A DNA stretch of 64,000 nt from sequence record MK562502. One strand, given 5' to 3'. Origin of the DNA: Shigella phage KPS64. How positions within the stretch are numbered: the stretch's first letter is position 1; each line of letters begins with the position of its first letter. Below, piece after piece: positions 51,428-60,440 of the stretch. Made by a program: the position numbers and the translations under genes. Under the pieces are notes generated by a model. It did not search any database. It saw nothing but the letters and a program-made list of their open reading frames with translations, and had not been told where the DNA came from.

Positions 51428-51955
51428 TTACAGATTTATGATGATTTCGTCAAGGGAATTTTCTAAGTTTTTTAAAGATTGTTCGTAAAGCCTAATTCCC
51501 CTACTTAATGCTTCCCCTAACGTAATTTTAAAACTAGTTGTTGGGTAGTCACTTGTAAAGATGTTTTCCACTTCATAGAGTGGGTATTGTTGGTTACCCG
51601 TTCCCATAGCATACATGCCTGTATAGTGGATTGCAATAAAAAGATTATGGGACTTAATAGAGCGCTCATAAGCCATTTTAAAGCGGTTTAACTCGTTTTT
51701 AGTTGCCTTAATAGCCATTTCGTGAATTTCTGCGACTATAGCCATATAATCATTCAGAATAAGAGAAATAGCCCCCATAAAGTTGTTGGCTGTTACCGCT
51801 TTTACATTTGGTCGGTGTACATAAAACTTCTTATCTTCCCCTTTTGTGATAACCGCAAAAACTTTGCTCTTTAAGGTAAATTCCCAAGTATCTTTACAAG
51901 GCTTGCTCATCACTTCACGGCTACGGATTGCATTAACAGCATTAAACTTATTCAT
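51428..51955 (-). CDS. protein (175 aa) of array
   Basis: ORF preceded by cassette. Confidence 0.45.
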   Translation of the reverse strand: MNKFNAVNAIRSREVMSKPCKDTWEFTLKSKVFAVITKGEDKKFYVHRPNVKAVTANNFMGAISLILNDYMAIVAEIHEMAIKATKNELNRFKMAYERSIKSHNLFIAIHYTGMYAMGTGNQQYPLYEVENIFTSDYPTTSFKITLGEALSRGIRLYEQSLKNLENSLDEIIINL

Positions 51956-51958
51956 TCT

Positions 51959-52212
51959 AGATTCTCCAGTTTAGGAATTTTGTTTTAGTGGGGAAGTCTC
52001 CCTCCCCGTTGATGAATACTTTACTTGTTTTGATTCTGTATTGCAAGTAGTTTTTTATCAAAAAGTTTATCTGAGATTTCACCAAAGATTCTCCAGTTTA
52101 GGAATTTTGTTTTAGTGGGGAAGTCTCCCTCCCCGTTGATGAATACTTTACTTGTTTTGATTCTGTATTGCAAGTAGTTTTTTATCAAAAAGTTTATCTG
52201 AGATTTCACCAA
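51959..52212. repeat. 127-bp perfect tandem duplication (2 copies)
   Basis: 51959-52085 and 52086-52212 are identical: cassette plus 3' end of a small membrane-protein gene. Confidence 0.7.
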
Positions 52213-52280
52213 TGATGAGCATTGCTAATGGCAACACAACAGAAACAATCATACCGCAAAGGATAGGGTTTTTAATGATA
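52148..52280 (-). CDS. small membrane protein (46 aa), C-terminus ...LLAIQNQNK
   Basis: ATG at 52280 nine nt after GGAG; below the 60-aa track cutoff; paralogous C-terminus to gene 55326..55673. Confidence 0.35.
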
Positions 52281-52484
52281 TCTAACATTTAGTGATTCTC
52301 CAGTTTAGGAAGTTGCCTTTTGAAGATACTATATAGATATGATTAAACCTTTGCAAGTACTTTTTACGCTTATCTATAAAGAATCTATAAAGTTAATCCC
52401 TTTTAGATAAACCCCCTCGAACAAAGTTACACTTGTCAAGGGGCATTGTCAATAGTTTTTCAAAAGATTTTTATAAGTTGTTGA

Positions 52485-52826
52485 TTAGCTTATAAAGATT
52501 TTTTCTGGCTTAACATAGGTTAATGACTGTTTTTTAAGCAAATCAGACCAAATGAGCGCGGCAATGTGACTATATCCCTTTTCTCTTAACTCCTGCATAG
52601 CTGATTTGCGAGTTTCAAAACGTGTAGCATAGTATTCAGTGTTAAGGGTAGTTTTATTCCCTTCATTGTCAACATGTACAATCTGCATCACTTGAAAGGG
52701 GCTTACATCTTCTCCCCTGTTCCATTGCTCAAAGTACTTGAGACACTGCATAGGTTTCATTTTGTCGTTAACTTGGGTAGACCATGACGAATTTTCTTTA
52801 TCGGTGATAATTGTTACATAGGCCAT
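52485..52826 (-). CDS. protein (113 aa) of array
   Basis: ORF preceded by cassette. Confidence 0.45.
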   Translation of the reverse strand: MAYVTIITDKENSSWSTQVNDKMKPMQCLKYFEQWNRGEDVSPFQVMQIVHVDNEGNKTTLNTEYYATRFETRKSAMQELREKGYSHIAALIWSDLLKKQSLTYVKPEKIFIS

Positions 52827-52918
52827 TTTTAGATTCTCCAGTTTAGGATTGTTGGTAAAGCTCTTTATCTGGGGCTTATCTTATCTAATTATAAACCCCA
52901 TGTAAAGCACTTTATTAG

Positions 52919-53140
52919 TTATTTGTAGTAATAATATGTAAACTCATTTATCAGGCTTCCATCCTCATTATTATACTGCTTATGACTAGCCAGATAACCG
53001 CCATTAGCTAGAATTTCATCAATCAACTTTTTAGCGTCATCGTTGGGAATCCTAACAGGGTTATTAAATGGTTGTAAATAGGTACGACGAACATTTGAGA
53101 ATTTAAAATCAATGGTTTTTACGTTAAGAACTTGCAACAT
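52919..53140 (-). CDS. small protein (73 aa) of array
   Basis: ORF preceded by cassette. Confidence 0.4.
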   Translation of the reverse strand: MLQVLNVKTIDFKFSNVRRTYLQPFNNPVRIPNDDAKKLIDEILANGGYLASHKQYNNEDGSLINEFTYYYYK

Positions 53141-53225
53141 TTTTTGAATCTCCAGTTTAGGATTGTTGGGGCTTCTAACTTGCCCCGTTGATGAGTACTC
53201 TACTGGTTTGCGTTTTCAGTGTCAA

Positions 53226-53456
53226 CTACTTTTCTATAAGAATTTCATAATCACCATTCACACTATCAAAATAAATCCCGTATTCATCTTCTGATTTATA
53301 GTAACATTGGATATCATCTGATGCAGGGTAATCTTGTCTTGCTATCTGACAGGCAACAATAGCATTATTTTCGCTACCTGTAAACTCTTCTAAACCTTTA
53401 AAGTCACATTGTGAACCATTGCAGATAGATAGAATAAGATAGATTGTTGTAAGCAT
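53226..53456 (-). CDS. small Cys-containing protein (76 aa), putative signal peptide
   Basis: ORF; upstream has hairpin but no cassette. Confidence 0.4.
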   Translation of the reverse strand: MLTTIYLILSICNGSQCDFKGLEEFTGSENNAIVACQIARQDYPASDDIQCYYKSEDEYGIYFDSVNGDYEILIEK

Positions 53457-53519
53457 CTTTTAAGCCTCTTGTAAGCCCCTATGCGGGGCTTTTCTAGTGA
53501 ACTGGTATGATTCTATCGT

Positions 53520-54077
53520 TTATGCTGTCAAGTCGTTTATAGCCGTTTCTGTTACGTTACATTGCATTGTGTCAAAGATATCACAATATACATTGCTCAT
53601 CTCATCACTACGTTGGACTATTGCCGCAATGTTGCGTAATTCATCCGGTATATAACCCAAGTTCCTATTATTCAGGTTAGGGACAAAGAAAGGCGCATAC
53701 ATAGCATTAAATTCAGTTGTGTAAACCTTTTTAATCCATTCTTTATCGAAATACTCTGTAAAGCTTGCTACGTCGCTCATGTTCTCACAGCTCCAGTCAT
53801 CTTGTAATTCATCTTCTGGAATATCAAGTTCCAAGATAACAAGTTTTTGTGACTTCATTTGATAGGCTGCTGTAATGCTTGCACTGTCAAGCGCGTTTTT
53901 AATACCTTCATCTATGATTTGTTCGTCATCCAGATTTTCTACATCATAGAACTTGCTAACAGGGTAGACATAAAAACATCCATCCATATCAGAGCAATTC
54001 CAGACTCCTGATGGTTTATCACCGCCATTCATAAGGTTTACAAAGTTTTCTTGTGTAGTACCATGAAAGCATTTCAT
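53520..54077 (-). CDS. protein (185 aa) of array
   Basis: ORF preceded by cassette. Confidence 0.45.
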   Translation of the reverse strand: MKCFHGTTQENFVNLMNGGDKPSGVWNCSDMDGCFYVYPVSKFYDVENLDDEQIIDEGIKNALDSASITAAYQMKSQKLVILELDIPEDELQDDWSCENMSDVASFTEYFDKEWIKKVYTTEFNAMYAPFFVPNLNNRNLGYIPDELRNIAAIVQRSDEMSNVYCDIFDTMQCNVTETAINDLTA

Positions 54078-54161
54078 TTTAGATTCTCCAGTTTAGGATT
54101 GTTGGTAAAGCTCTTTATCTGGGGCTTATCTTATCTAATTATAAACCCCATGTAAAGCACT

Positions 54162-54410
54162 TTATTTAGTTTTCTTTGTAAAGATTAGTTTAACGGCAAC
54201 AGTTGGTAACTCTTCAATACTTGTGAACAAAGTCACTTTTTGAGTCTTGACATTATAGCCATACTTTGAACCATAAGCCGTAAAACGGTTTACAATGTAA
54301 CTGTAAGTTTTTGCAGTGTTATCTGGCATATGATATAAAAACGGCTTGCCAAGGTTATCAAGTTGTGTTAATAGTCGGCAGGTATCAGGGATATTCAACA
54401 TATTAAACAT
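54162..54410 (-). CDS. small protein (82 aa) of array
   Basis: ORF preceded by cassette. Confidence 0.45.
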   Translation of the reverse strand: MFNMLNIPDTCRLLTQLDNLGKPFLYHMPDNTAKTYSYIVNRFTAYGSKYGYNVKTQKVTLFTSIEELPTVAVKLIFTKKTK

Positions 54411-54495
54411 TTTCAGATTCTCCAGTTTAGGATTTTTGGGGCTTCTAACTTGCCCCGTTGGTGAGTACTCTACTACTATGCTTTTGCAATGTCAA

Positions 54496-54903
54496 TCAAA
54501 TCTCTGAATAAATCGCATCGCAGATTTCACGGAAAACTTCAACCGGTAAGTTACGCTGTAACCATGTTGCAAAGAAATCAGCAATTGCAAAGTTTGCATC
54601 AAAATCAACACATAGCCACACTTTAACAGCAAATCTAAACATTTTCAAGTCAAGTTCTTTATTCATTACTTTTGACTTTGACAGCATTTCCTTCATCTCA
54701 TATTGAGCACCGTCAATTATAGCCCCTGCTGCTACATCTTGCAATGATTCTTTAAGCTGTTTTGTGTCTACTACTACGCCCTGAATTTTACCGATGATAT
54801 TATGCAGTGTTTCGTCTGGCGCTGCTGATGTTACAATGTTGATGCGGTTAATGGTCAAACGTGCTTTCAAAATTGCAACTTCTTTGTGATTAACATTAGT
54901 CAT
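54496..54903 (-). CDS. protein (135 aa) of array
   Basis: ORF preceded by variant cassette. Confidence 0.45.
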   Translation of the reverse strand: MTNVNHKEVAILKARLTINRINIVTSAAPDETLHNIIGKIQGVVVDTKQLKESLQDVAAGAIIDGAQYEMKEMLSKSKVMNKELDLKMFRFAVKVWLCVDFDANFAIADFFATWLQRNLPVEVFREICDAIYSEI

Positions 54904-54993
54904 TTTTGATACTCCAGTTTAGGTTAGTTTTAGATAAATCTCTTTATCTGGGGCTTATCTTATCTAACTATAAACCCCATGTAAAGCAATTTA

Positions 54994-55266
54994 TTAGACT
55001 AAATACAATTTTTTACCGCTAACAATAATATAACTTACACCGCTATTACTATAAACATCTTGATAAATTCTGCGTAACTTTCCAAGGTATCGAACTTTCC
55101 AAGATGTAGGAATTTTCTTTCCATATCCTGTGGCGGTTTTTTGTAAACCTGCTACTTGCCAATCTAATAGGTGCTGTTCTGCTCTTAACTCTTCAAAGTT
55201 TAATACACCGTCTATATAGTGTTTTAAAGTTACGTTCAAAGTTCGACCGTCATTAGTAGTATACAT
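54994..55266 (-). CDS. small protein (90 aa) of array
   Basis: ORF preceded by cassette. Confidence 0.45.
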   Translation of the reverse strand: MYTTNDGRTLNVTLKHYIDGVLNFEELRAEQHLLDWQVAGLQKTATGYGKKIPTSWKVRYLGKLRRIYQDVYSNSGVSYIIVSGKKLYLV

Positions 55267-55325
55267 TTTCAGATTCTCCAGTTTAGGATTGTTGGGGCTT
55301 CTATCTTGCCCCGTTGATGAATACT

Positions 55326-55673
55326 TTACTTGTTTTGATTCTGCATTGCAAGCTCTTTTTTATTAATTTCTTGCGCTATCAAGATATAATAATCTTTCAG
55401 GTTTATATCTTGAATTGACTCAAGAAGTATGTCATAATCACTGATTAATTTAAAATCACCGTCTAGGATGTTATCAATCCGGTATGTTTCTGCTTTGAAT
55501 CGAAAGCTCATCTCTAAGCGTTTCAATTGTTCTAAGCTCAAACGCTCTAAAAAGCCCCGTACAAGATTTATTTTTAAATCCCTTGTAAGTGCCTTATTAG
55601 CTATACTGTGCGCTTGTAAGGCTTTATAGAGCGCCACAATAGAGATAAAAATTGCAACGTATGTGATTAACAT
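55326..55673 (-). CDS. small membrane protein (115 aa), C-terminus ...ELAMQNQNK
   Basis: N-terminal TM helix; start overlaps upstream stop (ATGTTAA). Confidence 0.45.
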   Translation of the reverse strand: MLITYVAIFISIVALYKALQAHSIANKALTRDLKINLVRGFLERLSLEQLKRLEMSFRFKAETYRIDNILDGDFKLISDYDILLESIQDINLKDYYILIAQEINKKELAMQNQNK

Positions 55674-55963
55674 TTGTTTTTACCTTTGTGGAATAGTTTA
55701 CCAGTGTGACTAATTTCATATGAATCAACCATATCTCTAGTGGTCTTAATCGATGACTTATTAGTGTTATCATAGATATCAACCTGAAGCAATGGTTTTT
55801 TGTATTCTTTACAAAAGTTCCATACACAAATTATTACTTCCTTTTTGTTAATCTTTCCATGATACCACTCTACGGCTTCAGATGTACGGCGCATAGATTC
55901 AATGAATTGAATATTACTTAATAGCTGGCTTAATTTAGTTCTAACGTTTGCGGCAATAAACAT
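55667..55963 (-). CDS. small protein (98 aa) of array
   Basis: ORF preceded by cassette. Confidence 0.45.
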   Translation of the reverse strand: MFIAANVRTKLSQLLSNIQFIESMRRTSEAVEWYHGKINKKEVIICVWNFCKEYKKPLLQVDIYDNTNKSSIKTTRDMVDSYEISHTGKLFHKGKNKC

Positions 55964-56047
55964 TTTAGATTCTCCAGTTTAGGATTGTTGGTAAAGCTCT
56001 TTATCTGGGGCTATCTTATCAACTTGATAACCCCATGTAAAGCACTT

Positions 56048-56560
56048 TTAGATATTAAAGATATTCATAACAGAATCTTTCAAGGCTTCTAAACGTTCCA
56101 TTACTTCAGATTCTCCATCGGAGTTCGACACTTCCTCTTCTAATCGTGAATCTAAATCTTCCCCGTCAAGATAACACCAATCGAAACCATAAGCAAGTGA
56201 AAAGCTATTTAATACCGTATTACCTTCTTTATCTTCTACCTTTGCAAATAGCACATAGCTGTTAGCTTCTAAATCTCTTTGTAATTCATCTTGTAAGCTC
56301 TTGTAAGCCTCTATAGATGGATTTTCGCGGCCTTGTTTAGCATAATCACTCATCAATTGTGAAAGGCTGTAATGCTGTGGAATTGCATATTTGTACCCGT
56401 TACGCTCTGGATTTTTAAGTTTGATTGTAACCCCGCCTTTGTGCTCATCTGTAAACTTCCAATTTTCCACACAATGGGATGCTTCACAAATATTAACAGC
56501 TTCATAGATGATAGTGAATTTTTCTTTTTGAACTTCAAAGGTAGCTTCAACGTATGACAT
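56048..56560 (-). CDS. protein (170 aa) of array
   Basis: ORF preceded by cassette. Confidence 0.45.
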   Translation of the reverse strand: MSYVEATFEVQKEKFTIIYEAVNICEASHCVENWKFTDEHKGGVTIKLKNPERNGYKYAIPQHYSLSQLMSDYAKQGRENPSIEAYKSLQDELQRDLEANSYVLFAKVEDKEGNTVLNSFSLAYGFDWCYLDGEDLDSRLEEEVSNSDGESEVMERLEALKDSVMNIFNI

Positions 56561-56652
56561 ATTAAGATTCTCCAGTTTAGGACTATTGGTTAGTAAAGCT
56601 CTTTATCTGGGGCTTATACTAGCAACTTATAAACCCCATGTAAAGCACTTTA

Positions 56653-56910
56653 TCAGATTAAATTGTCAGTTAATGATAAGTGCATTTTATAACCTTTCTT
56701 CGTGTAGACGTTAGTTCTACCGATTGCTTTTACACCTTTGAAAAGGTCATAGGAACTACGTTTTAAAGTAATTTCCTTATCACATTTTACGCCCCATCTT
56801 ACAGCAGATTCTTTTCCGTTGTCAACCACTTTACCATTTAATTTTTTAGCAGTTGCGCGAGCGTCATCACGAGACTTTGCAGATACAATGATGTTTTTGA
56901 TAGTAGCCAT
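56653..56910 (-). CDS. small basic protein (85 aa) of array
   Basis: ORF preceded by variant cassette. Confidence 0.45.
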   Translation of the reverse strand: MATIKNIIVSAKSRDDARATAKKLNGKVVDNGKESAVRWGVKCDKEITLKRSSYDLFKGVKAIGRTNVYTKKGYKMHLSLTDNLI

Positions 56911-57002
56911 TTTTGATACTCCAGTTTAGGTTATTGGTTTGGTAAAGCTCTTTATCTGGGGCTTATCTTATCTAATTATAAACCCCATGTAAAGGACTTT
57001 AT

Positions 57003-57383
57003 TTAGTTAATTTTGAAAACTGTAACGTAGCCGTCACTACCAATAGTTTGAGATACTCCAGCTTTCTCTACATCATACCCCATTTTATCAAGATGGTACA
57101 TTGCATCTTCATACCCATATTTACCGCCTTGATAGCGTCTTTTTTCGCATCGTATCACAGTTTTACCACGTCCTGCAATAGCATTTATGATAGCTTTTTC
57201 ACCGGATAATGTACCGTCAAGCATAGTAGCTTTGTAGTGGTTAATACGGTTACCATTAACATCATACTTAAAATTGTAAGCGTGAACAACAATTATTTTT
57301 CCTTTGAAGTTTTCTTTCATAGTTTCCTCTAAGATACTACGAAAGTTTTCTTTGTTGATAAATTTAGGCGCACGATATTTCAT
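57003..57383 (-). CDS. protein (126 aa) of array
   Basis: ORF preceded by cassette. Confidence 0.45.
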   Translation of the reverse strand: MKYRAPKFINKENFRSILEETMKENFKGKIIVVHAYNFKYDVNGNRINHYKATMLDGTLSGEKAIINAIAGRGKTVIRCEKRRYQGGKYGYEDAMYHLDKMGYDVEKAGVSQTIGSDGYVTVFKIN

Positions 57384-57467
57384 TTTAGATTCTCCAGTTT
57401 AGGATTGTTGGTAAAGCTCTTTATCTGGGGCTTAATATACTAGCTTTTAAACCCCATGTAAAGCACT

Positions 57468-57674
57468 TTAAACGTTATAATAATAAATTGCTGTATGCCT
57501 TGTAAACTGTCTTGTATGATTTGTCAAGTAACAATCTGACCTGATTGACGTATTAACATATTTATCAAAATCTTTTTCTGAGATACGTTGCCAAACATCA
57601 CAAATTAGCATATAGAAACGACGTTTATTTGTTTTGTTGTTGTCAACAATCATTAACTCACGTTGATATAACAT
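57468..57674 (-). CDS. small protein (68 aa), first gene of array
   Basis: ORF preceded by cassette and upstream promoter. Confidence 0.4.
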   Translation of the reverse strand: MLYQRELMIVDNNKTNKRRFYMLICDVWQRISEKDFDKYVNTSIRSDCYLTNHTRQFTRHTAIYYYNV

Positions 57675-57723
57675 TTTCAGATTCTCCAGTTTAGGATTGT
57701 TGGGATGTTTCCCGTTGATGCAA

Positions 57724-57752
57724 ATACTATAAGACTGGATTTATGAAGTCAA
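57724..57752 (-). promoter_or_regulatory. sigma70-like promoter for the small-gene array (TTGACT, 16-17 nt, TATAGT)
   Basis: Read on minus strand: attttgTTGACTtcataaatccagtctTATAGTat. Confidence 0.45.
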
Positions 57753-57925
57753 CAAAATTTTTAAAAATATTTTTGATGTTTCGTGAATAGAACGCACGTA
57801 TGCGGATACACTAAAACAGGAATCTAGTCAAGAATTATTTTTGAGTTCTCTACAAATTTTTATCTTGACTTTTGGGAGGAAGGGGAGTAAGAGGGGATGG
57901 TGGGGCTGGTTTCCTACAGCTACCT

Positions 57926-58118
57926 ACCTGCACAAACTGAAAATGAATTTTCCCTTTGGAGTCCAACTGCATCTGCACAGATTGAAAATGAAAAACCCCT
58001 TTGGAGTCTAAACCTGCACGTTTTGAAAATGAATTTTCCCTTTGGAGTCCAGCTAAAGAAATCTGTCCAGAGTTCTATGCAACTATACCTGCACAAATTT
58101 GAAATGAAAAAGCCCTCC
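57926..58118. repeat. about four tandem copies of a 40-42-bp unit (CCTGCACA..TGAAAATGAA..CCCTTTGGAGTC)
   Basis: Direct repeats read at 57926, 57968, 58012, 58087. Confidence 0.6.
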
Positions 58119-58178
58119 TTACCTGAGATTTAAAACTCAAACTTTGGAGGGCTTGTCTATGTCTATCTAGGTGACTTA

Positions 58179-58973
58179 TTAGTTACGTGCTTCAACATAG
58201 TTTACGTTTTCATGTGTGATATAATCTTCTGCAAACTCTTCTGTAGTCGCATTTATATATACACTTGCATCATCGCCAAACGTTACCGCTCTGTGGTGGT
58301 GGCCTTGTAACGGGTGGGTAACTTGAGCGTTACTTCGATTGTACTTCTCAACCGGAGGGTAACTGGTGTGTACCTTGCCATTACGCTTCACCTTGAGGGT
58401 AACTTTATCCTTGCCTACCACAGCAACACCATCAAAGTATTGAGGCTCACTGAAGTTCTCCCAACCAGTAACAGGGCTAGTCAACTGACTGTACATCTTA
58501 TCTTCATAGACATACATATATACGTCAACATCTTTCATGGTCTGGTTAATAATGGACAGCACAGCCATGCTATCAAGACCACCAATCCCTGCACCAATCA
58601 TCGGAAGTCCAACCTTCTTAAGTTGGTTAACTTTACAGTAGTTGTTAAGACGCTGTAAAGCTGCTTCTAAGGCGTTGTATCGTGCATCTTTGCCAGTGAT
58701 AACCTGAGTGTAAAGGTTAGCAATTCGACCCTGCTTCAAACGTGCTACAGAGATGTTACCAAGCATTAGATGCTTAGGGTTATGGTTTTCACCACCTACT
58801 GTAGCATAAACTTCAGCGTCAGTTTCATAAGCTTTTGGGTAGCGTTTAGCAATTGTTGCTGCGATACCTGCACCCATCAAGTTCATGCAGTTACAACCGT
58901 GACCAATGATATCAAACTTCTTACCATCAAAGTCTTTAAAGATATCACCTTTAATAATTTTTACGATACCCAT
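58179..58973 (-). CDS. macro-domain protein (ADP-ribose binding/processing) with C-terminal extension (264 aa)
   Basis: IIKGDIFKDFDG...IIGHGCNCMNLMGAGIAATIAKRYP and VGLPMIGAGIGGLD macro-domain motifs; start set to ATG at 58973 after GGGAG. Confidence 0.55.
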   Translation of the reverse strand: MGIVKIIKGDIFKDFDGKKFDIIGHGCNCMNLMGAGIAATIAKRYPKAYETDAEVYATVGGENHNPKHLMLGNISVARLKQGRIANLYTQVITGKDARYNALEAALQRLNNYCKVNQLKKVGLPMIGAGIGGLDSMAVLSIINQTMKDVDVYMYVYEDKMYSQLTSPVTGWENFSEPQYFDGVAVVGKDKVTLKVKRNGKVHTSYPPVEKYNRSNAQVTHPLQGHHHRAVTFGDDASVYINATTEEFAEDYITHENVNYVEARN

Positions 58974-58974
58974 A

Positions 58975-59175
58975 TTAGTAATGCTCCCAACGTTCGTTAT
59001 CTTCAGATGGTTTAACTCGGTTACCTTCATGGTCTACCCATAAAGCACCGCAACCTTCACAGATTACTGGCATTGCTGAACCAGCTTCAAATTCTGCCTT
59101 TGTAAAGAGACCTTTTAAGTCTCCTGTATCTTTTCCAAACATCTCAACAGAACACTTAGTGCAGAAATCAGCCAT
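58975..59175 (-). CDS. small zinc-ribbon protein (66 aa)
   Basis: CTKCS ... CEGCG cysteine pairs; stop 1 nt before macro-domain start. Confidence 0.4.
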   Translation of the reverse strand: MADFCTKCSVEMFGKDTGDLKGLFTKAEFEAGSAMPVICEGCGALWVDHEGNRVKPSEDNERWEHY

Positions 59176-59404
59176 TTGATATTACCTCTTGGAAGTATGT
59201 ATCACCTTCATAAGAGTAATTACACTTAAACTCTTCTAAGCTTAATCTTGTAAGCAGAGGATTCAGGTAGTGTTTAAAATCCCCTATCTTGAAGTTGTAG
59301 TGAATCAAGGGGTTCATGAATGGTATTACCTCATCCCGTCCAACAAATATAGCCCCTACTAACACTTGACGTGTAACTTTACTTCTTACCAGAATTGCTT
59401 TCAT
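59168..59404 (-). CDS. hypothetical small protein (78 aa)
   Basis: ORF, no motif. Confidence 0.35.
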   Translation of the reverse strand: MKAILVRSKVTRQVLVGAIFVGRDEVIPFMNPLIHYNFKIGDFKHYLNPLLTRLSLEEFKCNYSYEGDTYFQEVISNG

Positions 59405-59708
59405 ACATCACCTTTTCAGTTAGCTCAAACAGGTCAACATGTTCGATGCTTTCAATATGGATACCAACTTTTGCATAGCGTTCTTTAACATTCTCTGCAT
59501 TAAGCCATATCAGACACCAATGATTCTCTATGGATTCTTCAAGCTTGTCAACACAATCTTTAAAAGATTTCATATCTCCACGAGTACCAATGAATGCAAC
59601 AACCCCATAGAGAAACTCTTTACCACTGTGACAGACTTGTGCTGTACCAATTTCTTTCTCACCGTCTGAAAAGACGGCTACATAATTCTTACCATCTAGT
59701 TGCATCAC
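59379..59708 (-). CDS. hypothetical protein (109 aa)
   Basis: ORF, no motif. Confidence 0.35.
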   Translation of the reverse strand: MMQLDGKNYVAVFSDGEKEIGTAQVCHSGKEFLYGVVAFIGTRGDMKSFKDCVDKLEESIENHWCLIWLNAENVKERYAKVGIHIESIEHVDLFELTEKVMYESNSGKK

Positions 59709-59714
59709 TAAACC

Positions 59715-60167
59715 TCACTGGATAACTTCTTTGATTTGTTGGAGTAAGGCTATTGAGGCTTCTTCCCAGAGTGTTAAACCCTCTACAGAACCTACACAAC
59801 TTTCTCCAGCTTCATTGTAACGAGAATCACCATACTCTTCAATCAGTTTAAGCAATTCTTGCTTTTTATCAGTATGTGTTTCTGGTGAAATTTCACAGTT
59901 AGGTAACTCACCATGTTCTGCGAAGTATTGAAGGTAAGGTAGTAGCTCTTTTACCTGAGCTTGGTTCAGGTTCATACGTTGATTACCTACAAAATCCTTA
60001 CCTGTCAATGCGGGTATATCCAGTTCTTTCCAACCATTGCTCAGATACTTTACTGAGACTTCTTTTGCACCAAGCCAAATACGAGGCTCAAATGATGAGC
60101 TTCTTTGTAATGTGCAGATTTCACCTTTAGAATCTTTAAACTCAGTATAATATGGTTGAACTTTCAT
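59715..60167 (-). CDS. hypothetical protein (150 aa)
   Basis: ORF, no motif. Confidence 0.4.
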   Translation of the reverse strand: MKVQPYYTEFKDSKGEICTLQRSSSFEPRIWLGAKEVSVKYLSNGWKELDIPALTGKDFVGNQRMNLNQAQVKELLPYLQYFAEHGELPNCEISPETHTDKKQELLKLIEEYGDSRYNEAGESCVGSVEGLTLWEEASIALLQQIKEVIQ

Positions 60168-60170
60168 ACT

Positions 60171-60440
60171 TTATTTCCTCGTTTTAAGGACTGCATAGAT
60201 TTCTTTAGAATCTTCCCCGAACCATGTGTAGTGATTCTCGTTGATTTCAGGATGGTTGTCAACACGTATTTTGCAATCTCTTCCAACATGCTTAAGTTGT
60301 GCAGAAACACCCTGCATAAAGATGTGACAAGTTACATCATCCATAACCGTTGGCATAATGTCAAATCTCATGTAAGTGTTACTTGGTCTTGGTAACAGAA
60401 GATAACCTTCCACAAAAAATGTTTCATTCTTCTCTGTCAT
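60171..60440 (-). CDS. hypothetical small protein (89 aa)
   Basis: ORF, no motif. Confidence 0.35.
   Translation of the reverse strand: MTEKNETFFVEGYLLLPRPSNTYMRFDIMPTVMDDVTCHIFMQGVSAQLKHVGRDCKIRVDNHPEINENHYTWFGEDSKEIYAVLKTRK

Larger units (their letters stand above)
51038..57720 (-). promoter_or_regulatory. 15 dispersed copies (plus one tandem duplicate) of an intergenic cassette: GC-rich hairpin plus conserved AACAATCCTAAACTGGAGAATCT(A)AAA-ATG
   Basis: Core tctccagtttagga (plus-strand reading) found at about 51045, 51372, 51961, 52088, 52296, 52832, 53148, 54082, 54416, 54908, 55272, 55969, 56565, 56916, 57392, 57680, each ending at a start codon. Confidence 0.65.

Noticed and set aside
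52021-52212. 63-aa ORF spanning the 127-bp tandem duplication
   Set aside because: Exists only because the frame reads through two identical repeat copies; the real gene is more likely the 46-aa ORF 52148..52280.
51038-57720. CRISPR array as explanation for the regularly recurring cassette
   Set aside because: Units are 250-600 bp apart with complete genes between them, the repeats include a start codon and RBS, and hairpin loops vary; this is not a repeat-spacer architecture.
51038-57720. Cassette as a sigma70 promoter or intrinsic terminator
   Set aside because: No -35 at the right spacing from the only -10-like hexamer (TAAACT), which sits too close to the start codon; the hairpin is not followed by a T-run on either strand.
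57897-58133. 78-aa plus-strand ORF over the 40-bp tandem repeats
   Set aside because: Translation is itself repetitive (FSLWSP / PLWSL / FPFGVQ), opposite in strand to all neighbouring genes, and lacks an RBS.
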